From positions 3,158,158 to 3,222,157 of the forward strand of contig CAJINV010000013.1 of assembly GCA_905178155.1 (NCBI GenBank): 64,000 bases of DNA, read 5' to 3'. The stretch comes from Amoebophrya sp. A120 (Eukaryota > Protista > Dinoflagellata). Positions 1 to 12,500 of this stretch are shown here, piece by piece. The stretch's first letter is position 1. Each line of letters begins with the position of its first letter. The notes beneath the pieces were generated by a model. The model searched no databases and was not told the DNA's origin. It saw only the letters and a program-made list of their open reading frames with translations. The position numbers and the translations under genes were made by a program.

Positions 1-912
1 TGGGCGGCCCCCGACGGTCGATATCGATGTAAGTGAAAGAAGTGATGAATCATCAGCATTATCTTCAAAAAAATATTAATATTTTTTATATTTGTATAAT
101 CAGAAGGCTCACTTTTATACGCGGTTAAAAGTACTTGTGGGTAAGAAGGATGTTCTGCTTCTGGCACGAATGCAATTGCATGTATGATACACTAGTAGGT
201 ACAGCTCATTTTTGAAGTTCGAAAAAAAAAGACAACCCGCCAGTCAGTGTTGTCCCCGTGTGGGAACTGCAAACGTAATTGAAGCGTTGATCTACGCACG
301 TCGTGCATGTTCTAGTTCAGAGTCAGCTGTCGATTTTGGTCGTGGTTCACCTGGATCTTCTCGGTCAAATTGTCTCAGCATGGTAGAAAGAAAGTTTCAA
401 CTGCCTGGAACATTCGTCCGTACAACTCTTGAGGACACCTACCTGTCGTTTCGTTTTCGTCTATATCGTTCTTTCGCGCGCATTTTGCGTATTTTTCATA
501 TTGGATGTCGGCTTTTTCGTGTTGTTGAAGTCGGTTACGTTGTGTTGTGATGTTCTTTGTTGAGACAGAAAGCTCATATCCATCGTGTACCGTACTTGCT
601 TTGGTTGGTGCGATCAATGTCAATGTTTCTGCTTCGTCCAAGTTTTTGTCGTGTGTTTTCGTCGGCTTCACACTTTTGAATCATGAATCAATCTAGGCCG
701 TCGTTCTCCTCTGAGTCAAATTGACAACCCGTTATCCTTAGCTCTATGACAATAGAGTTTCAATTTGAAAGTCCAGTTTAGAATGTCGATGTAGTTCCAC
801 AAGCGGTAGGAGTTTATACATGCCCCCTTTCTTTTCTTGATTTGTTTCCCCCACGATGAAAAAAGCTTAAAGCTATATATAGTTTCACAGAAGAAAAAAA
901 TCTCTAAACACG

Positions 913-3467
913 ATGATGAGTATGAGGGCAAAGATACATGACCCGGGCACCACGACCAGAGCAAGGGGCTTCCGCTTCCACGCCTGCATAATTTCTAGTC
1001 TGGTCCCTTCCTTAGTGGGCGCGTTTTTGATCTCGGAAAATAAGCAAGAAAGTGGAAATAAAGCGAAAACCACCGAGGAAATAAGCGATCATGGCGTCGA
1101 CGAGTGGGTACAGCAAAAGGAGGCAGAGGGGGAAGGGTGGCGGAAGAACAACTGGGTGACCTTTAAGGACGAGGTTTGCAAGGGGCACGACGTGCTGACG
1201 ATCGAAGCAGCGGAATGCAAGTGCCCCTTCGGGACGGGTTACATCGGCGAGATTTCGTGGCCGGACTACTCCTTCACGCCGAACACACCTTGCGCTTTGG
1301 CGTCCACTCGCAAGGAGTGCGAAGAATTCGCGGCCGAGAAAGGAAGTAGTAGTACAAGTTTTGGGGCAGCAGCAGGAGCAGCACACCAGCACACAGCGAC
1401 CGGTGGCTCCTCTGTGGACTGGGAATGCGAGTGGGTTCCCTTTGCCTACAGCCAAGACGACGCACCGCTGAAGTACGGCGCCTGCGTGTCGCACGGACCC
1501 AACCACCCGAAAGACGAGATCGCCCCCGGCGTGATTCTACTGGGTTGGTGCTTTGTCTCCGGGTACGTCCTCCACGCCTCCGGGCCCTACTTGTGGCTGC
1601 GCTTGCTGTTTCGGCGGACCACACGGCATTTGTTGAATGCCGTTGGAGTTATCGGTGTGCTCGTGCCTCTATTGCTTTACCTGGTCAAGCCCAACGCCCA
1701 GGAGGAGCGCCCTGCGGCGGCCTGTGCGTCCTCGTATGGGATGCCGAGCGTGCATTCGTCGGTGGCGACGGCATTGATGACCCTGTACCTGCTGCAGCTC
1801 GCCTACGCCACGGACCGGGCGTCGGTCCGGATTCCCGGCGCCTTTGAGAACGGGGAAAGAAGGAACAAGCGTGCAGGAGGGGGTGACCTTGAGCGCGGTG
1901 GGGGCGATGAAGTTGACAATACGATGATCCTTCCGGAGCGACGCAGACACCTGGGCAACGAAACGTGTTTACTACAGTGCGCCCAGAACATCTATTTCCA
2001 AACGACGCAGTTGTGCAAATCTCTGCTGTCGTCTTTCGGCAAGTGCTGCTTTTACTCCGATGAGTACGAGTATTCCCACGGCGAGGCGGTCTTCTGGGCC
2101 GGGTTTCTGGTTTTGCTGTGGTTTCCGGTCGGGCCCTGTCGCGTGGTGTTGCGGGACCACAGTGTGTCGCAGACGCTGGTTGGGAGTTTCATCGGCTGCT
2201 TCTTCTCCATAGTGTGGTTCCAGGTCACCCGCGCGCTGGAAAGCTGGTTGCTGCCCTGGATCGGGAGAACCTATCTTTTCGTATCCAAAGGAAAAATCCC
2301 CCCTCCCCATATCGAAGAGTTATGTTTCCGAAAATTTGTGTTGCTGATTTGAGGTCACAAATCACATTTGTCCTGCAAGAAGACAAGGGCAGAACCTTCC
2401 GCCCCATTATGGAAGCGATTTGTCATGCTGTTGGGCCTAAAAGTGAGCCGTTTGTCGTGCTGAGCAACTAGACCCATACGCCCCTACCTAGCCGGGGGAT
2501 CTGGCCGTAATGCCTCTCTGCAATACAAACCTGATTTGTGTACGCAAATCCTAGATCGCTGCCACGCGGAGCCACCCCCGTATTTCACCCCCAGGGGGTT
2601 GCGGACCTGGCAAAGCCGATGAGTTCGGGCTGCTGACTGTTCCACCTTCCCTAAGTGTGATCACTGCCGCCTCACGCCTCACAAATCCAGCATCAGAAAT
2701 TCCGTTTTGATATGGGGAGGGGGGATTTTTCCTTTTGATATTTCGGGCTGTTTTCCCACGATTTGGCGCCGCCCTTCTACAAGTTCCGGTACGCGGTGAA
2801 AGCGGAACACGTGCCGGAATTCGAGCGGGTGAAGAAATTGAACCTGCCCGAGGGCCACGAAAAAAAGATTCGTTTGCAGCAGCTGCACCGTTTAGCAGCG
2901 GAAAGGATCATTCGGCAGCTAAATTTCTACCGAACCAACCGCGAACTGCAGCACGAGATGGCACTGAGCTCCGCGGGAAACGGGCGGATTGGTGGCGACG
3001 AGGAAGTCTTGAAGCGGCGTGCGAAGGTGCAGGAGGTCATTGATCTGCAGCAAGAAGTTGCGGACGTCGTTGGGTTGAATTTGAAGGACGTCCTGTTTCG
3101 CATTCAGAAGGGAACAACTGGTGCACAAGTCGGAAGTGCTGCTGCTATGTTGACGGGGGAAGGAGCAGGTACCAGAGGATCCACTGTACCAGCGGAGCAG
3201 CAGTACCGAGCGCGTCCGTCCGCGGCTGAAGCGGAGCAAGGGGGAGGTGCTGTGAACTCCGACGGTTTTCTCGTCACTGCTTTCGCCGGAGGGGAGAGTG
3301 GAGATGTCGAGGGCACGACCGGAGGGGGCAACGCAGTACAACAGCCCCTGTTGGCCAGTGCCAAGAGAAGCACAAACGCAGACGCCCGCATAACAACGGG
3401 CATTTATCCGGCAGGCGCTGGAAAAACCAAAACTTCCGTGGGAGGCGCAGGAAGTAGTGCGGCTTGA
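913..3467 (+). CDS. PAP2/dolichyldiphosphatase-like membrane lipid phosphatase, 2 exons (913-2281, 2746-3467)
   Basis: PAP2 motifs KPNAQEERP, YGMPSVH, CRVVLRDHSVSQT plus TM segments. Removing the element 2282-2740 and one TSD joins ...RTYLFG|LFSHDLAPPFYK in frame. Confidence 0.75.
2282..2740. mobile_element. Introner (MITE-like non-canonical intron), 459 bp
   Basis: TIRs tatccaaaggaaaaatcccccctccccatatc / gatatggggaggggggatttttccttttgata; TSD tttcg at 2277-2281 and 2741-2745. Confidence 0.9.
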
Positions 3468-5562
3468 GCATCTCCAGGGGCACAACTACAAAGTACAGAG
3501 GGCGAATCGTAGAAGGCCCGAAAATGGAAATCATCGACTATTCTGTTCTGAAGATGACGGCGTAGAAAATTACGTACGAGTACATTTAGAACGTAAGTAG
3601 CTTTTCGCAAAACTTGATTTAGTTCAAGTTCACTGCCTATGTTTTTATCGCAACCTTATACCCCCGTACACTAAACATTTCACGCCTAATATACCAGCTA
3701 GCACTAAATACACGAATAGGAACCTCGACTCTAGACAGATTGTAGGCAAGAGCGTTTTTCTATTTCTTTTTTCTCTTGTTTAGAAAGTTGAAGTAATCGA
3801 TCCTCGCCTTTTCGTCCGTTTCTTTTGGTCATGAAGGTCGTTCTGTACCCCAGAAGACTTTCAGCAGTAGAGCAAGCTTGACCGCGAAATTCAAATTTTG
3901 TGATGGACCGGCAAGCTGCAATAGTATCGAAAGAAGAAAAAAAAATTTCGCAGAGCACAAAACAAACTTCATTTGCAACTGTTTTTCCCCAGTACCATAC
4001 TAACGTGCCACGCGCAACCAACCAGGAGTCCCACTTTGACTTTACATCCTTGTCTGATAACCTCGTGTTCGCTTGTCGGGCCAGTTCCAGTTGATACACC
4101 TGCCGAACGAGCTGCTGTCTTGGTGTGGCATTGGATTGCTGACATTTCTTGACCATCTTTGGTCGTTCGTGGGTGCTGTAGTCAGTAGGAAGATCAAGAC
4201 CATCTTTTTCTTTGACGTAACAGTTGACACAAGACGGATTTACAACAGGGTCTAGGACTTGCCGGAGTCGTTGCAAAGCATCTCCTGCAGTCAGTGATGA
4301 ATAGTTCTTGTTGCTTGTTCTATTTTCACCCATTTTTGAGTCAGAAACAAACACAAAGGTCAAGAAGGCCAATATCATGGTTGTCTAGAGAGAGGTCCTG
4401 CCGCCGTCTGGTTTCGCTTTTGTGCTGCTCTTTGCATTTCGACGTGCTCTGACCTCGCTGTGGCGCTGTCTTTTTTCTGCTTGGAAGCCTGCGCCAACTT
4501 GCACGATTCAGGAGCCAGCAAAAAAGCAAGAATAAGAGCCCCATGTTGGCGCAAGAAGGCCACCAAGCCGGCGACCGCCCGACGGCCGCCACCGCCAGCC
4601 GACCTGTATCCAATCTTCAGAAGATTCCGTCATGTCAGGACAATCTGCCAAGCGCAGCGCCAGGGTCTCCTTGCGCGCTCGGACAAAAGAACCAAACTAC
4701 CACCATTACGCCCGGCAACATGACGACCAACAGTCGCGATAATGTTTCGAGCTCCGCCTGCAGTTCGACCTGTAGCTGTCGGCGCTGGGGCAGGAGGCCG
4801 GGGGAGAAACAAAGTTCCGAGCTAACAAAATCTGAAACCGACGACGAAGGCCCGGTAGTTTTTCCAGGCAGCCGGATGTACATCCCAGTGGGCAGCACGA
4901 CTGAGAGCGGGCCAGATCGGGAGGGACAGAGCAGAAGTGAGAAAGCTTTATCGAGATCGAGTCCGCATGATGAAAGAACCTACCGCTGCACCGGAGCGAG
5001 CCGGTCTGCGAGCTCTCCTGCAGTTTCGTCCGCTCTCTGTCTGCGAGGTGCATGTGAAGAAGAAATGCTAGCCCGGAAGAAAGTTTGTCCCGCGGCCGAT
5101 GAACAAGCATCTGAGGGGCCAGCGGTCGCAGTAGTGGCACCTGAAGGAGCACCGGGCGTGGTGGTGCATGCGCTTGCAATTACATCCTCACTGAACACCA
5201 GGCGGAGAACGACCGCGACAAGGGAGAGCTCCCGCAGAGAGCATAGCAGAAAAGCAAGTTTGTTTCGTATACAGGAGAAGGAGAACAAGACAACTACGAG
5301 GCAAAATACAAGCACCGAGCTGCTGTGCCAGAAATACAGGGCGATGGTACAAGACAGTGCCACGACACGAAAGGGACGCTGCAGGAAGTTGGAAATCGAA
5401 GCGGTCAACAGGAATGCCAGCCGAATATGCAAGACTGCAAAGATCGGGGGTGATCTTACTAGCCTACAGTCCCCAGAGAAGGCTAAGACCACGAGAATCT
5501 ACGGGGCCGCGCGCAAAAGTCAGGCTATTGCCTCATCAAAGTCGAAAACATCAATCTTCTCG

Positions 5563-8500
5563 ATGCTGAAGAGCCTTCCGCTTTTGTTTTTCAGCCTGTT
5601 CCTACACACAACCACTCCCGTGGTCTTTGCCGTGCCTTCACCAGAGTGGTATTTGCCCGGCGTCACGCCCGTGCAGTACCAGCAGGGGCAGCAAGTTCCG
5701 CTCTTTGTCAACAAGCTGACCAGCGTGAAAACACAGCTTCCCTACCGCTACTACACCCTGCCATACTGTATTTTTTTCGTCTTGGTCACTTTTCGTTTTT
5801 CGGTGACACTGACGTCAGCGTGACACAAGCTTTTTCTTCATATAACAACATGAACATCGTCCCGCAAGCCACAACTCCACCCCTCAACATATTTACACAA
5901 CAGGTTCCCCCGACAAGCTCCGCGAATCTCGCGGAAACCTGGGCGCCTCGTTGATGGGGGATGTGGTGGAAAATTCACCGTATGAGGTTCGCATGCTGGA
6001 GAATACCAACTGCAAGAACCTGTGCCAAAAACCGCTCACCTCGGAGGACAAAAAACTTTTCAAGTTAATGATCGACGAAGATTACCAAGTCAACTGGATT
6101 CTGGATAATCTACCAGGTACGAATGAAACTTTTGGTAAAATAGAGTAGAACATCTTCCTCGGATATAGCAGCTGGCTGAAGTTGTAGTACGCAGTCGAAA
6201 ATAATGCCAATGCATCTTGCCCCTTGTCCTTGCCTGGCTCAATATTAAGGTTGTTATCCTGGCGCAACTTTATGCTCATTCGGAAAAGGTACCACAAAGT
6301 ACGCGCGGAAAAATGCTGGAAAGGAAGACTACACCTACATGGTTGGATTTCCCGTCGGGCTTGAGCAGCGCGGACGCTATTTCCTGCACAATCACGCAAA
6401 GATCATCATTCAGTATTGCCGTTTTCGTTTTCCATAAACTGGCGCAAAATGTGTCAATGATGAGATTGTGATTCAGAATGAATCTATCGAAATAGTCCAC
6501 CACAAACTGCAGATACCACTCCTCTCCCACGGAGTTTGCGGGCTTCCGCATCGTCGGTTTCGAGATCGAGCCGCATTCGCTGACCAACCAGCAGACGGAC
6601 CAGTGCCACGAGGGCGAGACCTCCCCGGTTTTTGACCTCGACGCGCAGGACTCCGTCACTTTCACGTATGACGTTTTGTGGAAATTTTCGGAAGACGAGT
6701 GGTCGGGCCGTTGGGAGCGGTACATGAAGGGCGCGAAGGGAAAGATCCACTGGTTCAGTATTCTGAACAGCGTCATGATCGTGCTGTTCTTGAGCTCCAT
6801 GGTGGCCATGATTTTGTTGAGAACCTTGCACCGGGACATCTCGCGCTACAACGAAATTGCGACCAGCGAGGACAGTGCGGAGGAAACAGGTAGGAAAAGT
6901 CTTGCGAAATGAAATTTGTTATAGGCGGCCAATGAAGCGCTTCTTCTGAAATGCGTAGCAGGGCATTGTTCCAGCTCGTAGAAATTTGATCAACAATGAA
7001 TTGTGAAAGGACAAGAAACTCACAAAACAGGCTGGAAGCTGGTGCACGGCGACGTTTTCCGCAAGCCGGTGCACAGCAAGCTCCTCGCAGTTTCCGTCGG
7101 CAGCGGTGTGCAGATCCTCGGGATGAGCATGGTGATCCTCGTTTTCGCCTGTCTCGGCTTGCTCTCGCCCCAGTACCAGGGCTATCTGCTGCAGTCCATG
7201 CTGCTCCTCTTCGTCTTCATGGGATCTTTTGCAGGGTATAGAAATCGATTTAGAACTTCTACATAAAACAAAAACTGTCGCGGTCCTACAATGGATGCAT
7301 TCTCGAAGTATAATTTGTCTCCTTGTTGCGCACCACTGCGACGTGCGAGCAATAACATCTCAAAAACAAACTGCTCCTGATGCAGCTCGGACCATTCATT
7401 GTTGCAGGTACTACTCCGCCCGGCTTTACAAGATGTTCAACGGACAGGACTGGAAAGCCACGACATTGTTAACGGCCTTCTGGTTCCCGGGTGTGGCATT
7501 CACTGTGTTTTTCGTCATTAATCTCTTCATTTGGTATATGGAGAGAAAAAAGTTTGTCACAGTCACTAACTTGGAGGTTTTGCATTACATCACAGCTTTT
7601 CCTTGTATTGCAGAAACACTAGGGAAATCCCTCATGAAGTTTGGCTGTGATGCATTTTTACGCATGACAAACAATTTTGTATTGCAAGAATGCGCGATGA
7701 GTGATCGTGACGAACTTTTTTTCTTCGATATGGTACACGGGAAGCAGCCGCGCCGTGCCCTTTTCCAGCATGTTCAACCTGCTCCTGCTGTGGTTCGGTG
7801 TCAGTGTGCCGCTGGTATTGAATATCTTGACGCACCATGATGGGCGGCGAAATCGTTCTTCATACATTTTCGCTGTGGAGTTTTCACTTTTCAGAGATAG
7901 AAAGACATCAAACCATGATCTCTGCTTTCCCCGTCATGCGCAACCATACCACGACGGCTAATGAGTATGAGAAGTGACAACTTATTCTTCTTTGAAAATG
8001 TTTTTTCTACCTCGGCACCGCAGGTGTTCTTCGGTGCCTACATCGGATACCGGCGAGACACGATGGAACTCCCCGTCCGCACGAACGCAATCCCACGTCA
8101 CGTTCCCCCGCAACCCTGGTTCACAAAACCGCTGATCACATCAATGATCGGGGGCGTCTTGCCGTTCGGGGCGGTGTTTACGGAGCTGTTCTTCATTCTG
8201 TCGTATAAATTTTTCGAATTTTTCATTTTCGGTTTCTCGTTGTGCACATTCCACCAAAATCTATCAAACGCGACAAGGTTGGCACCTGGCATGGGGAATA
8301 CCAGTACTCGAAGATCAACAATAAAGTCACCGCTTTTAGTACAGAAAAATGAACACGACCACAGGTCCATCTGGCAGCACCAGTTCTACTACCTGTTTGG
8401 TTTTCTTTTCCTCGTCCTCATCATCCTCGTCATCACATGCGTGGAAATTTCCATCGCCCTGGTCTATTTTCAGCTCACCTCGGAAGATTACCACTGGTGG

Positions 8501-8725
8501 TGGCGGAGTTTTTTCAGCAGTGGCAGCAGCGGTTTCTACGTTTTTCTCTACGCACTGCTCTACAAGGCCACGCGTATGCAGATCGACGACTTTATCCCGT
8601 CGTTGGTCTACGTGGGCTACATGGGCTTGATGTCCTACGGGTTTTTCCTTCTCACCGGTGCTGTAGGACTCTTGGGGGCCTTCTCCTTCGTGAAAACTAT
8701 CTACGGAAGCATCAAGATCGACTGA
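5563..8725 (+). CDS. TM9SF: Transmembrane 9 superfamily (nonaspanin/EMP70) protein, 9 exons
   Basis: Signal peptide then YLPGVTP..Y, VNKLTS, IHWFSILNS, GWKLVHGDVFRKP, EDYHWWWRSF, C-terminal KID. Inferred introns 5768-5903, 6117-6288, 6413-6512, 6890-7030, 7236-7407, introner ~7534-7732, 7815-8023, 8203-8364. Confidence 0.95.
7537..7730. mobile_element. Introner, 194 bp
   Basis: Imperfect ~31-bp TIRs tatggagagaaaaaagtttgtcacagtcact / agtgatcgtgacgaactttttttcttcgata; TSD tggta (7532-7536, 7731-7735); removal restores IWYTGSSRAVPF. Confidence 0.88.
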
Positions 8726-9512
8726 ATGTTGTGTAGCTAGTACAAGCGAAAAATAACGCAATTTTTACGATTCCTCTACAACAACACCTAGTCGTGCACA
8801 GGAGTGGAGCTGCGGCAGTGGAGCTGTTTGTTGTGCCTTGCTTTCTTTCATCTTCTTGCGCAAAATAGCCAAGGATGATTCCTGCAGGAGGTTTCTACTT
8901 ATTTTCTTTTCTTTTCAAATCTTCATGTTGGATTATTGGGTTTATTGCAGTCGCCTCATTTATGTTCTTTTTTCCTGTTGAAGGTTTTGTCCAAAAAAAA
9001 AAAATGAACCAAACCATGATCGGAAGATGTTAGTGTTGATATCAGTTGAGTAGCTCCTCTTAATGTCGGCGTGCAAATGTACTTGTACTGTTTTCGTCCA
9101 CTTTGTTCATCGAGTCATAGTTGCGCGGCCTATTTACACCAACCCTCCGGTACCAGAGAGGCGGGCAAGTTGTGACCCGACCACGGAAAATCGCAACTAC
9201 AGCAAAATGACTTTCTTTCTGCGCATGATGTGGTGCCGAGAAGAAGGCGAAGAGGAATTCCAATGCGACTGTGCAGAAGAGCAACTGGAGAGCCAATGAC
9301 TTGATAGCGGTGTTGAGCAGTTGCACTTCCAATGAGTCAGCGTTGACCCGTCCGACGTCGAGAGTGAGAGACACAGAATGACGCGAGCTGTCCTGTTCTT
9401 CGGACAGGATTGGTGCGCATGATTTTTACGCTTTTTTCAGACACGATAAATCAAAATCTACCATCAAGTGAAAGCAAAATGACTTGAACAATACCACTCA
9501 GCTAAGTCTAAG

Positions 9513-12500
9513 ATGAGCATCGGCGGAAGTAAAAACACGACGACGTCGACGACCGGAGCTGCTGTTTCAGCTACGTCTAGAAAGAACAACTCGAACAACC
9601 GTCTTTCATCTTCCGTCAAGATGAACCGATCGCCGTACAACCTGACGACAGCCGACATCGAGAAGCTCATCAGCGGACGCAAGGAGGACGACCAGAAATT
9701 GTTGCAACAAAAGGGAGGCGTGAACGGCATTGCACAGCTCTTGAAAATCGATTTGAGTCGGGGACTGGATTCGGACACGGTTTTGGGTAGAAGGGAAATC
9801 TTTGGAAAAGAAGAGGAAGAAGAAGACACAAGAATAATTGCCACTACTTCCACCTCCTCGGCCACCGGAGGTCCCGCAGTTGCGACGAGCAGCAGCCACA
9901 TCAAGAATTTTTCCGCATCAGGACAACAAAATCTTCAAGGTGGAAGTAAATCTTCCCAAAATGGCAGCTCCTCCTCGTCCGGCACTTCTACAGGAGAGCA
10001 AACTTCGACACGTCTGCAGCTCTTCTTACAGCTGTTTCTCGCCTCCGCGCAAGATTTTATCCTCTGGATGCTGGGCGGCAGCTCCATTGTCGCCATCGTC
10101 CTGTGCGTCACGGTGGAGCAGTCCATGTACAATTGCTGGGTTGAGGGTTTTAGCGTGATCATCGGCGTTATCCTCTTTGTTTGCATATCCGCCGTCTTGG
10201 ACTTTGCGAAGTTCACGACCTTCGCGAATTACTTGGAATTACGCTGGAAACTACTGGTCGACAACTCAGAGTTCCTCGTCTTACGCGACGGAAAGGAACT
10301 GCAGGTCGTCGGGAGGGAGATCGTGATTGGCGACCTGGTGAAGGTGACGACGGGCGACATTGTGCGGTTCGACGGCCTGTTGGTGCACAGCAGTCCGGAT
10401 TTCTGCCTGTTAGTGGACGACGATATTACTGCTATTGTTCCCAGCGATAACGTTGCGCTTCAACAGCAGGTGGAGCAGGCTGGTGTAGAAGCTACCGATG
10501 TACAACTAGCAGCGGCGAAAAGCAACAAGAATGGGAGTAGAACACCCGGAGCCGCTGTGAGGCAGCAACTGCTGTCCACTACCGACGTGGATCTGGAATT
10601 CACCGACCCAGCGGTCGCATCGGACGAACAGCGAGACGAGACTAATGATCTTCCCGGGGCCGCAGTAGCGTCCGACGCAATTTCTCCGCGAGACTCCTGG
10701 ATAATTTCTGGCAGCAGCGTGCAGTCCGGACAGGGCGTTTACCTCGTGCTTGCCATCGGGGAGAAAACGCAATGGAACTTGGCAAAAGAGAAGATGATCG
10801 CCGCTGCGAACAAAAACCGAAGCGCGAAAAGCGCGGTTTCTTCCTCGGTGGCCGCGGCGAGGAGTTTGATGCTGAGCAAATCGCTCTCCCTCCCGTTCGG
10901 CAACTATTACACTGGTGGAGCGATGAACTCTGTTAGTCGGGAGGGCAGCACTGATGTTGAGAAAAGTAACGCGAACGACCTTCCCGTGCAGGAATTCTAC
11001 AAAAGAACGTCTATGGCGGGCAACGCAGAGCAGCAGATCCTGACGAAAAGATCAACTACTAACGACGGCGAGGACAGTGTGATTGATACGAGCTCGATGC
11101 TAGTACTACCCGCAACTTTGAAACAGGAACAGGAGAGCTTGCACGGCTCGGAGTACAGCTACCATAACCACCTACCGTACGGTGCACCTCCGGGTGGAAG
11201 CAGTAACGCAGCAGGCAGTAGCTCAGGCCGAGCAATACACGCTCAACAGCAAGCCGCTTCTGCTAGTACAACTTCTTCAACTGCGAATCGCCCGTTGACC
11301 GAGCAGGAGCTGAAGCAGTTGAGAAGACGGGAACGCGGGGGCGCGGAGATGGCTGCGGGCGGGATGCCGAGCTCTTTGACGGTGTCGGAAGTCGCCACGC
11401 CCGTTTCAGTGAATTTCATGGCGGCGGCCGGCGGGGCGAGTGGGGTTGCCGGACTGCGGATGCAGAATTTGCAGCACAATTTGCGGATGAGTACGAGTAC
11501 CGGTCAACACGCGCAGCAGCAGGAACAGTACGGCGGGTCTAGCTCCTCCACGGCACTTCTACAGCCGCAGTCAAACGACGTACTAGCGCAGCCGGAAAGG
11601 ATAGGAGTACCGTCCTCTCACCAAGTGCTCGAATCGAACAGCGGTTCTTTAGCTGCTCTTCGTGGCAGCGCCAGCGCGTCCTCCTCCTCCCACCACCGCA
11701 CATCTAATCCGGCTCAACTTTTCTCGCAGCACCACCGACCGGAGACCATTCAGGAGGAGAATTTGGACGACATCTCCAGCCAAGCGGCGACGACGACGGA
11801 CAACATGAGCCAGAACTACGTGCACCAGATGTTGCAAGACGACGAGGTGTTCACCTCTACCAGCTTAATCGTCCGGTTACAAGAAGCGGCCGCTCAGCTG
11901 GGCAAAGTTGGAACTGGTTGTGCGCTGCTCGCGTTTGGCGCGCTGGTGGTCCGGTGGCTGACGCGCAAGTGGATTTTGGAGGATTTGCCCGCGACGAGAG
12001 ACCAATTCGGCACGGAATTCGTGTCGTGGTTTTTGTGTACCATCAGCTTGATCGTTGTGGTTGTGCCCGAGAGCTTGCCGTTGATCGTCACCTTGGTTCT
12101 AATGCGGCAGATACAGCTGGACAGCGAGAACGGGTCGCTGTTAGGGTCAATGAGCTGCAGGAACGCCGGGGTAATGAACGTTGCGGGTGGAGAGCAGCAG
12201 TCGTCGAGCGGGAGTGCAGCTGGTGGTGGGGAAAGCGAAGAGAGCAAGAAGAAGGCGGAGTCTAGTGCAAATAATACGTCCACCGGCGCTTTGAGCAAAG
12301 CTGTCTCTACTACTGCTTCCACCTACCCGAGCTCCACACTGCTTATCAAGCACCTGGATTCCCTCGAGCGCATGGGATCCGTCACGTCCATTTGCACCCA
12401 GAAAACCGGGTTTCTCACCATCGAAGAGGAAACGAGGATTACGGGGTGCTACTGCGCGAACAACGCCTTCCTGGAGCAGAACAACAAAGCGCTGGGGTTC

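Noticed and set aside
3731-4378. 215-aa minus-strand ORF (also short minus ORFs at 375-671 and 35656-36102)
   Set aside because: No recognisable domain and opposite to all supported genes; cannot be supported without expression data.
4543-5562. 340-codon in-frame extension upstream of TM9SF
   Set aside because: Low-complexity sequence with no motif; a typical signal peptide starts at ATG 5563.
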